Below are positions 10,363-19,742 of a stretch of DNA of 64,000 nt, one piece after another. The notes under the pieces were generated by a model. It was not told the DNA's origin. It ran no database searches and saw nothing but the letters and a program-made list of their open reading frames with translations. The stretch lies in assembly GCA_964474885.1 (NCBI GenBank), contig CAYYWO010000002.1, forward strand, positions 67,358-131,357. The letters are read 5' to 3'. Made by a program: the position numbers and the translations under genes. Numbering within the stretch: the stretch's first letter is position 1; every line of letters begins with the position of its first letter. Origin of the DNA: Candidatus Hadarchaeota archaeon (GTDB taxonomy: Archaea; Hadarchaeota; Hadarchaeia; Hadarchaeales; JAWBSP01).

Positions 10363-11748
10363 TCAGTAGGTCCTGGCCACCACGGCACGTTTTCCTTCCC
10401 TTCCACAGACCAAGCACTTACCCACCGATGGATCCTCGACTTCCATCCCCAGCATGCTGAGCCCCAGCTGTTCCTCAACTTGCCGCGCACATTCTTCCCT
10501 GCCGCACCAGAAGATGCGCCCGATCACCCCCTCCCCCTTCAACTCCTCGAAGGAAGAGGCCTCGACTATCCTCTCCTTCAGCCTCTCCCAAGCCCTCCTC
10601 CGCAGCCTTTCACCGAGCTCCCCGAGCAGCTCCGGGATCCGGGCCTCCAGATCCGCCAGCGGGACTTCAAGCCTCTCCCTCGTATCCCTGGGGACTGCAG
10701 TCACCTTCCTCTGCCTGACTTCCTCCGGTCCGATCTCTATCCTGAGAGGCACGCCCCTGCGCTCCCACTTGTAGTACTTCTCCCCCGGCCTCTCCTCCCC
10801 CCCATCCAGCTGCACCCTGAGCTGCACCCGCTCCAGCCTCTCCTTCACCTCTCTAGCCAGAGGCAGTGGGTCGAAGCCCTCGAAGGGGATGGGGACTATG
10901 ACCACCTGAATGGGGGCGACCTTGGGAGGGAAGCAGGGGCCCAGCTCGTCACCGTGGGTGAAGATCAGGGAGGCTATCACCCTCTCGGAAATCCCATAAC
11001 AGGTCTGGTACGCCAGCCTGTGGTTCCCATCCCTGTCCAAGTACCTGATCCTGAAGACCTGAGAGAACTTCTGGCCCAAATTGTGGACCGTCCCGATCTG
11101 CAGGGTTTTACCCTCGGGGGACACCGTGTCGAAGGCTATCGAGTACTCCGCCCCCGCGAAGGTATCCCATGGGGGCCTCCGGGTTATCAGGTAGGGGATG
11201 CCCAGCTCGTCGAAGAACCGCTTGTAGATTTCGACCGCTTCCCTTACCTGCCTTTCGGCATCCTCCGCGGTGGCGTGAACGGTGTGCGCTTCCTTGAAGG
11301 TGGTTACCTCCCTCACCCTGATCAGGGGCTTCGTCATCTTCGTCTCGCACCTGAAGACGCTCACGACCTGGTAGACCTTGAGGGGCAGGTCCGCGTGGGA
11401 GCGGATCCAGAGGGAGAACATCGGGTACATCGCCGTCTCGCTGGTCGGCCTCAGCACCAGTCTAACGTCCAGGTCCGAGCCTCCCCCTCTGGTAACCCAG
11501 TAAACCTGGTCCTCAAACCCCCTTATGTGCTCTGCCTCCTTCGCGAACTGATCCTCGGGGATCAGCAGGGGGAAAAGGACCTCCTGGTGCCCCGTTTCCT
11601 CCAAGAGGCGCCTCAGGATCCCCAGAACCCTCCCCCTTAGCTGCATGCCGTAGGGGAGCCAGACGTACATCCCCTTGACCGGGTACCGGGTGTCAACCAA
11701 CCCCGCTTGGTCCAGGACGTTCTCGAACCACTCCGTGAAATCCTTCAT
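10363..11748 (-). CDS. proS: Prolyl-tRNA synthetase (archaeal/eukaryote-like)
   Basis: [20 protein letters not shown] motif 2, [14 protein letters not shown]-terminal CLVCG. Confidence 0.95.
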   Translation of the reverse strand: MKDFTEWFENVLDQAGLVDTRYPVKGMYVWLPYGMQLRGRVLGILRRLLEETGHQEVLFPLLIPEDQFAKEAEHIRGFEDQVYWVTRGGGSDLDVRLVLRPTSETAMYPMFSLWIRSHADLPLKVYQVVSVFRCETKMTKPLIRVREVTTFKEAHTVHATAEDAERQVREAVEIYKRFFDELGIPYLITRRPPWDTFAGAEYSIAFDTVSPEGKTLQIGTVHNLGQKFSQVFRIRYLDRDGNHRLAYQTCYGISERVIASLIFTHGDELGPCFPPKVAPIQVVIVPIPFEGFDPLPLAREVKERLERVQLRVQLDGGEERPGEKYYKWERRGVPLRIEIGPEEVRQRKVTAVPRDTRERLEVPLADLEARIPELLGELGERLRRRAWERLKERIVEASSFEELKGEGVIGRIFWCGREECARQVEEQLGLSMLGMEVEDPSVGKCLVCGREGKRAVVARTY

Positions 11749-11793
11749 TCTTCAAATTCATCGCGGTCAAAAAACCACCGTGCGCCATTTTTG

Positions 11794-12645
11794 ATGGAGA
11801 GCGCCATTCTGCTCCTCTCCTGCCCGGACGCAAAGGGGATAGACGCGCGTATCTCAAGCTTCATCTGGCAGAACAACGGAAACATCGTCCACTTCGACCA
11901 GCACGTGGACGAGGAATTCCACCAGTACTTCGCAAGGATAGAGTGGACCCTGGAGGACTTCCGGATCCCGAAAGGTGAGATCCAGAAGGCTTTCGCGCCG
12001 CTCGCCTCGGAGCTCAGAGCGGACTGGAGGATCCACTTCTCCTCGGAGCGGCCGAAGATCGGCATCCTGGTTTCCCGTCACCTGCACTGCCTGTACGATC
12101 TGCTAGCGAAGTGGAGGGAGGGCAGGCTGAGATGCGAGATACCCCTGATTATCGGGGATCATGAAGATGCCAGGCCCATTGCAGAAATGTTCGGCGTGCC
12201 TTTCCACCACATCCCGGTAAGCCCCGAGAGGCGCGTTGAGTCGGAAAAGCAGCAGGTTTCGCTCCTGGAGAGGGAGGGGGTGGAGCTCGTCGTGCTGGCC
12301 AGGTACGGGAAGATCCTCTCCCCCTACTTCGTGAACAGGTTCAGGAACAGGATAATGAGCGTGCATCCATCCTTCCTGCCCGCCTTCCCCGGCAAGGACC
12401 CCTTCACCCAGGCCTACCGGAGGGGTGTCAAGCTTCTGGGGGCGACGGTGCACTTCGTCACGGAGGAGCTCGACCAAGGACCCATAGTCCTCCAGGATGT
12501 GGTCAGGGTCAGCCACAGGGACAGGCTTGCCGACTTAGTGAGAAAAAGCGAGGATCTGGAGAAGAGCCTTCTGAGCGAGGCCGTCAGGCTCTTTTGCGAG
12601 AGGAGGCTCCTGGTCTACCAGAACAAAACCATCGTTTTTGAGTGA
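11794..12645 (+). CDS. purU: Formyltetrahydrofolate deformylase (ACT + formyltransferase)
   Basis: LLSCPDAKGI ACT domain, VVLARY, HPSFLPAFPG, GATVHFVTEELDQGPI; start at ATG 11794. Confidence 0.85.
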   Translation: MESAILLLSCPDAKGIDARISSFIWQNNGNIVHFDQHVDEEFHQYFARIEWTLEDFRIPKGEIQKAFAPLASELRADWRIHFSSERPKIGILVSRHLHCLYDLLAKWREGRLRCEIPLIIGDHEDARPIAEMFGVPFHHIPVSPERRVESEKQQVSLLEREGVELVVLARYGKILSPYFVNRFRNRIMSVHPSFLPAFPGKDPFTQAYRRGVKLLGATVHFVTEELDQGPIVLQDVVRVSHRDRLADLVRKSEDLEKSLLSEAVRLFCERRLLVYQNKTIVFE

Positions 12646-12646
12646 G

Positions 12647-13702
12647 TCAGGTCAGCTGCTCGTATCCCGCCTTCTTGACCAGGAGCATGTCCTCCCACCT
12701 TGCCCCGCCCTTTCCCGGTACGTACAGGCCCGGCTCCACCGTTATCACCATCCCCGCCCTCAGCACGTCCCCGGAGGATGGGTTCAGGCTGGGGAGCTCA
12801 TGGATCTCAAGACCCACGCCGTGGCCCAGCCCGTGGTTGAAAAATTTCGCATCCTTCTTGAAGGCCCGCCTGGCCAGCCCATCCAGCTCGGAGGCCTTCA
12901 CCCCCTCCCTGACCTGGCTCTTGACCTGCTCCTGGACCTGCCTGACCTTTCGCATCAGCTTGGACTCCCCTCCCCCCACTAGGAATGTGCGGGTCATGTC
13001 CGAGACGTAACCGTCGACCGTCGCCCCCAGGTCCACCACCACGTGCTCCCCCTTCCGCAACCTGCGTTGCGTGGGGCGCGCGTGGGGGATCCAGGAGTTG
13101 GGGCCGGAGGCCACGATCGTGGGGAAGGGTGCCCCCTCTGAGCCCCTCTTCCGCATCTCGTACTCCACTTCGGCGGCGATTTCCCTCTCAGTCCGACCGG
13201 CTTCGATGAGTTCGGACGCCACCCTCATCCCTTCCCCCGCTATGGAGGCGGCTTCCCGCAAAAGATCGAGCTCCTCCGGGGATTTCACCGCCCTGAGTTC
13301 CCTCACCAGATCGGGCACCTCCACGCACTCGCATCCCTCAGCGCAGATCTTCCGCAGCAGGGGCAGGGATATCCGCTCGAACCCCACATACTTGACCCGT
13401 AACTCCCTGAAGATCTCGACGTAGAACCTCCACGGCTCCCCGATGAAGGGCCTTTCCTCCTGCCTGCACGGGACCTTCACCTCGGAGTAGAGCCTGAACC
13501 TGAATGGGGACCGCCTGAGGAGCTCGAAGTCTATCCTGCCCCCCACCACGAGGGGAGGGGCATCCTGGGGAACGATCAAATGCCCCGCCTGCAAACCGAA
13601 GTATCGTCTGCTGTCGCTGACCACGAAGGCATCCAGCTTCTCCGCCTCTATCCTCTTCCGGAGTTTGGCGAGCCTCTGCCTGATCACGGAGCGTTTGGTC
13701 AC
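12647..13702 (-). CDS. pepQ: Xaa-Pro peptidase (M24B, prolidase-like)
   Basis: VDLG, YVSDMTRT, HGLGHGVGLEIHE, TVEPG, RWED metal ligands; start estimated at GTG 13702. Confidence 0.88.
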   Translation of the reverse strand: MTKRSVIRQRLAKLRKRIEAEKLDAFVVSDSRRYFGLQAGHLIVPQDAPPLVVGGRIDFELLRRSPFRFRLYSEVKVPCRQEERPFIGEPWRFYVEIFRELRVKYVGFERISLPLLRKICAEGCECVEVPDLVRELRAVKSPEELDLLREAASIAGEGMRVASELIEAGRTEREIAAEVEYEMRKRGSEGAPFPTIVASGPNSWIPHARPTQRRLRKGEHVVVDLGATVDGYVSDMTRTFLVGGGESKLMRKVRQVQEQVKSQVREGVKASELDGLARRAFKKDAKFFNHGLGHGVGLEIHELPSLNPSSGDVLRAGMVITVEPGLYVPGKGGARWEDMLLVKKAGYEQLT

Positions 13703-13727
13703 ATTATAATGAGGGAGCGGGGTTAAT

Positions 13728-14516
13728 TTGATGCACAAACCGGACTTTTCCTCCATCAATAGGCTCGTGGTCAAGATCGGTACGCGCTCGCTCACCGGGG
13801 AGAATTCCAAGCTCAACGAGAAAAAAGTCGCCCGCTTCGTTGAAAACGTCATGAAGGTGAGGAGGGGGAGGGAGGTGCTCATCGTGACCTCTGGGGCCAT
13901 CGGTGCCGGTCTGGGCAAGCTGGGATTGGAGGATCGCCCCAGCGAGATAGGTAAGCTCCAGGCCATGGCGGCGGTGGGCCAGGGGCTCCTCATGCAGGTT
14001 TACGAGAAGTACTTTGCGAAACACGGGCAGACGGTTGCCCAGCTCCTGCTCACCAAGGAGGACTTCACCGATCCCAGGAGACTCCAGAACCTCAAGACCA
14101 CCCTCCATCACCTGCTGCACTGGGGGACCATCCCCCTCATAAACGAGAACGACACCGTCGCAACCGAGGAAATCAAGATAGGGGACAACGACCTCCTAGC
14201 GGCTTACGTCGCCATCCACCTGAAAGCCGACCTGCTGGTGCTCCTCTCCGATGTGGACGGGCTTTACACGGAGGACCCGAAGAATCACCCTGAGGCGGAG
14301 ATCCTGAGGGTGGTTGACAAGATTCCCCCGGGACTCCTGAGAAGGCTGAAGAAGCTCTCAGGGGGGTTCGGAGGGATGTACACCAAGGTGCTGGCGGCGA
14401 AGATGGCCGGGGACCACGGCATACCCACCGTGCTCGCAAACTCTGAGGAGAGGGACGTGCTCCGGAGGATCCTGAGGGGGGAGTCCATCGGGACCCTCTT
14501 CCTCCCGCATCGATGA
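13728..14516 (+). CDS. proB: Glutamate 5-kinase (no PUA domain)
   Basis: VVKIGT, VTSGAIGAG, AAVGQ, INENDTV, GDNDLLAA, GGMYTKV. Confidence 0.93.
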   Translation: MMHKPDFSSINRLVVKIGTRSLTGENSKLNEKKVARFVENVMKVRRGREVLIVTSGAIGAGLGKLGLEDRPSEIGKLQAMAAVGQGLLMQVYEKYFAKHGQTVAQLLLTKEDFTDPRRLQNLKTTLHHLLHWGTIPLINENDTVATEEIKIGDNDLLAAYVAIHLKADLLVLLSDVDGLYTEDPKNHPEAEILRVVDKIPPGLLRRLKKLSGGFGGMYTKVLAAKMAGDHGIPTVLANSEERDVLRRILRGESIGTLFLPHR

Positions 14517-15844
14517 GCGTCCTTAAGAAGGTGAAGGAGGCCAGGCAGGCAGCCCTGAAGATGGCGAACCTTCCTTTAGAGGTCAGGAATGGCGCACTCG
14601 AGAAGGCTGCGCGGGAGATCGAAAATCAGAAAGATGCGATCCTGGAAGCCAACCGCTCGGACCTGCGGAGGGCGGAGCGCCTCGTGAAGCTGGGAAAGAT
14701 GACCAAAGCCCTGTACAACAGGCTGGTCCTCACCGAAAAGAAGATCCGCTCGATCGCGGAGAGCATGCGCAGTGTGGCCTCCCTGCCGGATCCCCTGAAC
14801 AGGACGGTTTACTCCTGCCGGTTGGATGAGGGGCTGGATCTCTACAAGGTGACCTGCCCCATCGGGGTCATCGGGGCGATCTTCGAGGCCAGGCCGGACG
14901 TCCTCCCCCAGATCTCATCGCTCTGTCTGAAATCCGGGAATGCCGTGGTCCTGAAGGGAGGAAGGGAGGCCGTGAACTCGAACCGCATCCTCTACGAGAT
15001 CATCCGCGAGAGTACGGAGGCCGCTGGGGTGCCCAGAGGCTGGATTCAACTCATAGAGGCGAGGCGGGAGGTCAGGGAGATGCTCAAACTGGATGAGTAC
15101 ATAGATTTGCTGGTCCCGAGGGGGAGCAAGCAGTTCATAACCTACATCCAGCAAAACACCAGGATCCCCGTGCTGGGACATGCAGAGGGGATCTGCCACA
15201 TCTATGTGGATTCGGAGGCGGACCTCGAAAAGGCGGTGAACATATGCTTCGACGCAAAAGTGCAGTATCCCGCCGTCTGCAACGCCGTCGAGAAGATCCT
15301 GGTTCATTCAGGCATCGCGCCCAGGTTCCTGCCCCTGCTGGCGCAGAAGCTTCAGGAGGCAGGGGTGGAGATCAGGGGCTGTCCGAGGACTAGAAGGATA
15401 ATCGAAGCTAAAGCAGCGAAAGCATCCGACTGGAAGGCCGAATACTTAGATCTGATAGTAGCAGTCAAGATCGTCGACAGCTTGGAGGAGGCCATCGACC
15501 ACATAAACACGTACGGATCCAAGCACACGGACGCCATAGTCACCGAAAATGCCAGGAATGCCATCCTCTTCCTTGAAAGAGTGGACTCTTCCTCCGTGAT
15601 GTGGAATGCCTCAACCCGGTTCAGTGACGGGTACCGCTATGGATTGGGCGCAGAGGTCGGCATAAGCACGGGGAAGGTGCACGCGAGAGGACCCGTGGGA
15701 CTGGAGGGTTTAACGACTACCAAGTTCTACTTGGTAGGGAAGGGGCAGGTGGTCTCGGACTACATAGAAGGGAGGAAGAAGTTCAAACACGAGCGCTTGA
15801 AAGCGGAGTGGAGGGACTTCAGGAGGGAGGTGCTGGGGAGTTGA
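14513..15844 (+). CDS. proA: Gamma-glutamyl phosphate reductase
   Basis: PIGVIGAIFEARP, GICHIYVD, CNAVE, NASTRFSDG..YGLGAEVGIST. Confidence 0.95.
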   Translation: MSVLKKVKEARQAALKMANLPLEVRNGALEKAAREIENQKDAILEANRSDLRRAERLVKLGKMTKALYNRLVLTEKKIRSIAESMRSVASLPDPLNRTVYSCRLDEGLDLYKVTCPIGVIGAIFEARPDVLPQISSLCLKSGNAVVLKGGREAVNSNRILYEIIRESTEAAGVPRGWIQLIEARREVREMLKLDEYIDLLVPRGSKQFITYIQQNTRIPVLGHAEGICHIYVDSEADLEKAVNICFDAKVQYPAVCNAVEKILVHSGIAPRFLPLLAQKLQEAGVEIRGCPRTRRIIEAKAAKASDWKAEYLDLIVAVKIVDSLEEAIDHINTYGSKHTDAIVTENARNAILFLERVDSSSVMWNASTRFSDGYRYGLGAEVGISTGKVHARGPVGLEGLTTTKFYLVGKGQVVSDYIEGRKKFKHERLKAEWRDFRREVLGS

Positions 15845-16599
15845 GGATTGGGGTTATCGGGGCGGGGAGGATGGGCTCCGCCCTCATAGAAGGGCTGCTG
15901 AGGGCCGGGACCAAACCGGAGGACATCCTCATCAACGACAAGAGAGCAGAGAGGGTCCAGTACTGGAGAGAGCGCGGGGTGAGAGAAGCCCCAAAGGGGG
16001 AGATCGCCAAGTGCGACATCGTTTTTCTCGCCGTCAAACCCAAGGAAGTCCAGGAAGTCCTGGAGGAATTCCCCCTAGATTACCGTGGGGTGCTGGTGAG
16101 CTTGGCGGCCGGGGTGAAGACGGAAACCTTCTCCCGCTTGAAGGGTGCTAGGGTCTTCAGGATCATGCCGAACATCCTGTGCTCGGTGGGGGAGGGCGCC
16201 ATAGCCCTCGCAGGTCCCAGCGAAAACCAAGAAGTCAAGGATCTCCTGTCCAAACTGGGCCTGGTAGTGGAGGTGCCGGAAGAGCTTCTGGATGCCGTCA
16301 CCGCTTTGAGCGGAAGTGGGCCAGCCTTTTTCGCCTCCCTCCTCGACTGGGCCGTGGAGGAGAGTACCAGGCTGGGATTGGAGCGGGAAATCGCCCTGAA
16401 GCTTGCCGCGCAGACCCTGAAGGGGCTGGGGACAAAGCTCCTGGAAGAGCCCGACCCCCAATCGGTCATCCAGTCTGTCACCTCCCCCGGGGGTACGACC
16501 CAAGCCGGCCTGGCGGTTTTGGTCCAAGCCAAGGAAATCGTGCAGCGCACCATAAGAGCAGCCTTTGACAGAGCTAGGGAACTTTGTTCCGGAAAGTAG
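15841..16599 (+). CDS. proC: Pyrroline-5-carboxylate reductase
   Basis: IGVIGAGRMG, LAVKP, RIMPN, ALSGSGPAF, VTSPGGTT; TTG start at 15841. Confidence 0.93.
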   Translation: MRIGVIGAGRMGSALIEGLLRAGTKPEDILINDKRAERVQYWRERGVREAPKGEIAKCDIVFLAVKPKEVQEVLEEFPLDYRGVLVSLAAGVKTETFSRLKGARVFRIMPNILCSVGEGAIALAGPSENQEVKDLLSKLGLVVEVPEELLDAVTALSGSGPAFFASLLDWAVEESTRLGLEREIALKLAAQTLKGLGTKLLEEPDPQSVIQSVTSPGGTTQAGLAVLVQAKEIVQRTIRAAFDRARELCSGK

Positions 16600-17060
16600 C
16601 TATCGGTGGGACCTTCGATCACCTGCACCTCGGACATCTCGCACTGATCAGAAAAGCCTTCGAGATCGGGGAGCGCGTCCTGATAGGCGTTTGCGGTGAC
16701 AGCATGGTGAAGGGGAGGGCTGACCAGCCTTTTGCAGTCAGGAAGCTGAAGCTGGAGGAATTCCTCCAGCGGAGCGGATGGAGGGGGAGGTACGAACTGG
16801 TGGAGCTGAAGGATCCCTTCGGTCCCGCGGTAGCCGACAGGGAGCTGGAGGCGATCGTCGTCAGTCCGGAAACGGAGAGCAGGGCCGTGCAGCTGAACCT
16901 CCTGAGGAAGAAGAGGGGACTGGAGCCGCTCGTCATAGTGAGGATACCTTGGGTGCTGTCGGAGGACGGAAAGCCCATCTCCTCAACCAGAATCCGGGCT
17001 GGAGAGATAGATGAGAGTGGTAGATTAAAAGAGAAACCCCCTTACGTGGATGAGGGCTGA
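16584..17060 (+). CDS. coaD: Archaeal phosphopantetheine adenylyltransferase
   Basis: GGTFDHLHLGH, IVVSPET, ISSTRIRAGEID. Confidence 0.88.
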   Translation: MFRKVAIGGTFDHLHLGHLALIRKAFEIGERVLIGVCGDSMVKGRADQPFAVRKLKLEEFLQRSGWRGRYELVELKDPFGPAVADRELEAIVVSPETESRAVQLNLLRKKRGLEPLVIVRIPWVLSEDGKPISSTRIRAGEIDESGRLKEKPPYVDEG

Positions 17061-17559
17061 CACGAGGATCAGCAAGGACGAATACTACCTAGAGATAGCG
17101 AAAGCCGTTGCGCTCCGTTCCCCCTGCATCCGCCGGAAATTCGGGGCGATCGTGGTGAAGGAGGACGTCATCGTAAGCACGGGATACAACGGACCTGTTA
17201 GGGGAGGAATAAATTGTTTGGAGGTGGGCTGCCTAAAGAATGAGCTCAACCTGCCACACTACTCAGGGTACGACGTTTGCCCGGCGGTTCATGCGGAGGA
17301 GAATGCCATCATCAACGCTGCGAGGCACGGGAGCTGCGTGCTGGGCGGAACCCTTTATATTTACGGCATGAACCCGGACGGGAGCCTGGCCGAGGCCAAG
17401 CCGTGCGAGCGGTGCAAGAGGGTCATAATCAATGCCGGGATCCGGGAAGTGGTCATAAAGAGGGAGGATGGAGAGATCATGAGATTCAGGGTCGAGGACT
17501 GGGTGAGGGAGGACAGGGAGCTCTACAAGAGGAGGCTGGCGGAAGCGAGGCGGGAATGA
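17050..17559 (+). CDS. dCMP deaminase family protein
   Basis: STGYNG, HAEENA, PCERC zinc ligands. Confidence 0.88.
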   Translation: MRADTRISKDEYYLEIAKAVALRSPCIRRKFGAIVVKEDVIVSTGYNGPVRGGINCLEVGCLKNELNLPHYSGYDVCPAVHAEENAIINAARHGSCVLGGTLYIYGMNPDGSLAEAKPCERCKRVIINAGIREVVIKREDGEIMRFRVEDWVREDRELYKRRLAEARRE

Positions 17560-18182
17560 GGGAGGTGGAGCCTAAGGTAGAGCTGGTCGCCTACACACCC
17601 AATCCGGTGGAATTGTGCGGGAGAGCCGCCGGTGTTTCGTACGATAAGGAAGAGAAGGAGGACTATGGTGCCTTCATCAAGCGGATCATCAAACTGGGGC
17701 ACGAGTCCGTCTTGGAGCACGCCTCCTTCACGTTCAGGGTGGAGGGGATCAGCAGGGCCCTCTCCCACCAGTGGGTCAGGCACAGGATATGCTCGTTTAC
17801 CCAGCGCAGCCAGAGGAGGGTAGACGAATCGAAGGGGGGATACGTTCTGCCACCACTCGATTACCTCCCACCGGAGAAGAGGGAGAAAATCAGGGAGCAG
17901 ATGAGGGAGTTCATCCGGGGGGCTTTCGAACTCTACCAAAAGCTCGTCGGAGAGGGTGTCAGGAGGGAGGATGCTAGGTATGTGCTGACCAATGCGACCG
18001 AGACCAAGATATACTGGACCGTGAACGCACGGGAGCTCAGGCACTTCTTCAGGCTCAGGCTCCATAAGGAGTCCCAGTGGGAGATCAGGAGGATGGCACA
18101 ACAGATGTTTGATCTGGTCTACCGAGTCGCGCCCGCGTTGTTTGAAGACCTGAAAAAGCTCCGGGAGACGGGCGAGCTCTAA
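17556..18182 (+). CDS. thyX: Flavin-dependent thymidylate synthase
   Basis: GHESVLEH, RHRICSFTQRSQR ThyX motif, DARYVL, NARELRHFF..R, QWEIR; real start ATG 17556. Confidence 0.93.
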   Translation: MREVEPKVELVAYTPNPVELCGRAAGVSYDKEEKEDYGAFIKRIIKLGHESVLEHASFTFRVEGISRALSHQWVRHRICSFTQRSQRRVDESKGGYVLPPLDYLPPEKREKIREQMREFIRGAFELYQKLVGEGVRREDARYVLTNATETKIYWTVNARELRHFFRLRLHKESQWEIRRMAQQMFDLVYRVAPALFEDLKKLRETGEL

Positions 18183-18889
18183 CTGCTGATTACCTTGCTC
18201 TCTTCGGGATATTTGCGATAAACGTAGTTCAGTAGCTTGGGGAGCGGCACCTCACCGAAGGGCTTGAGGCCCCGGACGGCCCTCTGGATTTCCCTGGGCA
18301 GGGACTCGAAAACCCTTTTCGCTACCTTCTTCCCCTCCTCGGTCAAGTACACCAGCTGGGGCTCCGGGCTTGCTTCCCGTATGGTCCTCAGCCAGCCTAC
18401 ACTCTCCATGTCGTAAATGTCCCCCCAGACATCGGGAGAATACGGACCGTGCAAGAACGGGCGGTACTGATAGGGGATCTGAACGCCTCCCTCTTTTTGC
18501 AACAGGAAGAGCAGCTTCTGCAGCCTCACGCTCCCCTCTATCTTCCCCCCCATGACATGCAGGAGGGAAAGAATCCACTTTCCCCTCTCCTGGAGCTCCC
18601 TCTTGTTTAGCCTCCGCCCCACTGCGGAGAGAGAAAACTGGGCTTTGAGCGTCATCGCGACCCTAAGACCATGCTCGGTGAGCTGTAGCTGTTTCTTCTG
18701 GGGCCAAGTCTTGCTCCTCCCTTCCACGATCAGGCCTGCCTCCTTCAGGTCCTCGATTCTCTGCTCGATAGTACTTAGACTGCTAACACCACCGACTGCC
18801 CGGTGGAGTTCCCTCACTCCCATCGGTTTTTCCAAGAGGGCGATGAGAATCTCGGCGGCTTTCTCCCTCGAGAGGAGTTCGGGCTCCAT
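18179..18889 (-). CDS. N-terminal winged-HTH fused to a YwgA/DUF4065(Panacea)-like domain; probable regulator
   Basis: GVRELHRAVGG-SLSTIEQRIEDLKEAGLI..LTEHG wHTH; G-RLQKLLFL..HGPYS..YLTEEG..LLNYVYRKYP second domain. Confidence 0.65.
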   Translation of the reverse strand: MEPELLSREKAAEILIALLEKPMGVRELHRAVGGVSSLSTIEQRIEDLKEAGLIVEGRSKTWPQKKQLQLTEHGLRVAMTLKAQFSLSAVGRRLNKRELQERGKWILSLLHVMGGKIEGSVRLQKLLFLLQKEGGVQIPYQYRPFLHGPYSPDVWGDIYDMESVGWLRTIREASPEPQLVYLTEEGKKVAKRVFESLPREIQRAVRGLKPFGEVPLPKLLNYVYRKYPEESKVISS

Positions 18890-18993
18890 TGTTACATTTA
18901 TAGTAACAGTTAAATACCTTGAAGCCTAGTTTAATCAAAATTCCGCAGTTCATTGTTACATGAGCGTAGCAATATGTTACGGAAACCGTAACG
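18890..18993. promoter_or_regulatory. Three palindromic operator-like sites TGTTAC-N6/7-GTA(A/G)C in the divergent regulator/nrdG promoter
   Basis: TGTTAC-ATTTATA-GTAACA 18890-18908; TGTTAC-ATGAGC-GTAGCA 18954-18971; TGTTAC-GGAAACC-GTAACG 18975-18993. Confidence 0.7.
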
Positions 18994-19031
18994 CTTTTAT
19001 TTGCTATGAAGGGAAAACATTGGGGGTTAAC

Positions 19032-19742
19032 ATGCCTTGGGGAAGTATAAAGGGAATCATCCGGAACTCTCTCATCGACTATCCCGGGAAGATTTCCGCA
19101 GTTCTGTTCCTAGGGGGCTGCAACTACAGGTGCCCTTTCTGCTACAATTCCGACCTCGTCCTCAGACCTCACGAGCTCCCATCCATCCCGAAGGAAGAGC
19201 TCGTCCAGTTCCTGGAGTCCAGGAAGGAATGGCTGGATGGTATCGTTATCTCGGGGGGCGAACCCACGCTCTGCCCGAAGCTCACGGAGCTACTCGAGCT
19301 AATCAAGGGTATGGGATACGCCGTGAAGATAGACACGAACGGGTCGAACCCGGCCATTTTAGACAGGCTCATCAGCAGGGGGCTCGTGGACTACGTTGCC
19401 GTCGACATAAAGTCCCCCCTTTTCCCGGATCGCTACCAGATCTTCACGCAGGCAAACGACGGTGTTGGGCAAGTCAAGCACACTGTTGAGATGCTCATGT
19501 CATCCGACATCGAGTACGAGTTCAGAACCACAATAGTCCCCGAGATAATCAAGCCGCAGGATATCCTGCAGATAGCCCAGCAGCTCAAGGGCGCGAAGAG
19601 ATATTACCTGCAACAGTTCAAGCCCTCAAAATCCACACTCGACCCCTACTACTCCACCCTCCCCCCCTACCCCCTTGAACTGCTGTACCAGCTGAGAGAC
19701 AAGATCTCGGGCTTCTTCAGGATCTGTAGGGTTAGGCCATGA
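19032..19742 (+). CDS. nrdG: Anaerobic ribonucleotide reductase activating enzyme (radical SAM)
   Basis: SLIDYPG, GCNYRCPFCYN, ISGGEPT, KIDTNG; start taken at ATG 19032. Confidence 0.92.
   Translation: MPWGSIKGIIRNSLIDYPGKISAVLFLGGCNYRCPFCYNSDLVLRPHELPSIPKEELVQFLESRKEWLDGIVISGGEPTLCPKLTELLELIKGMGYAVKIDTNGSNPAILDRLISRGLVDYVAVDIKSPLFPDRYQIFTQANDGVGQVKHTVEMLMSSDIEYEFRTTIVPEIIKPQDILQIAQQLKGAKRYYLQQFKPSKSTLDPYYSTLPPYPLELLYQLRDKISGFFRICRVRP

Noticed and set aside
10480-11640. 386-aa plus-strand ORF
   Set aside because: Antisense shadow of proS in GC-rich DNA; Pro/Leu-rich with no motifs
17277-17555. Long N-terminal extension of the ThyX ORF in the track
   Set aside because: Overlaps dCMP deaminase in another frame; ATG 17556 with ATGA coupling is the credible start
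18960-19031. 24-aa N-terminal extension of NrdG
   Set aside because: Runs through the operator palindromes and TATA-like element; homology starts after ATG 19032
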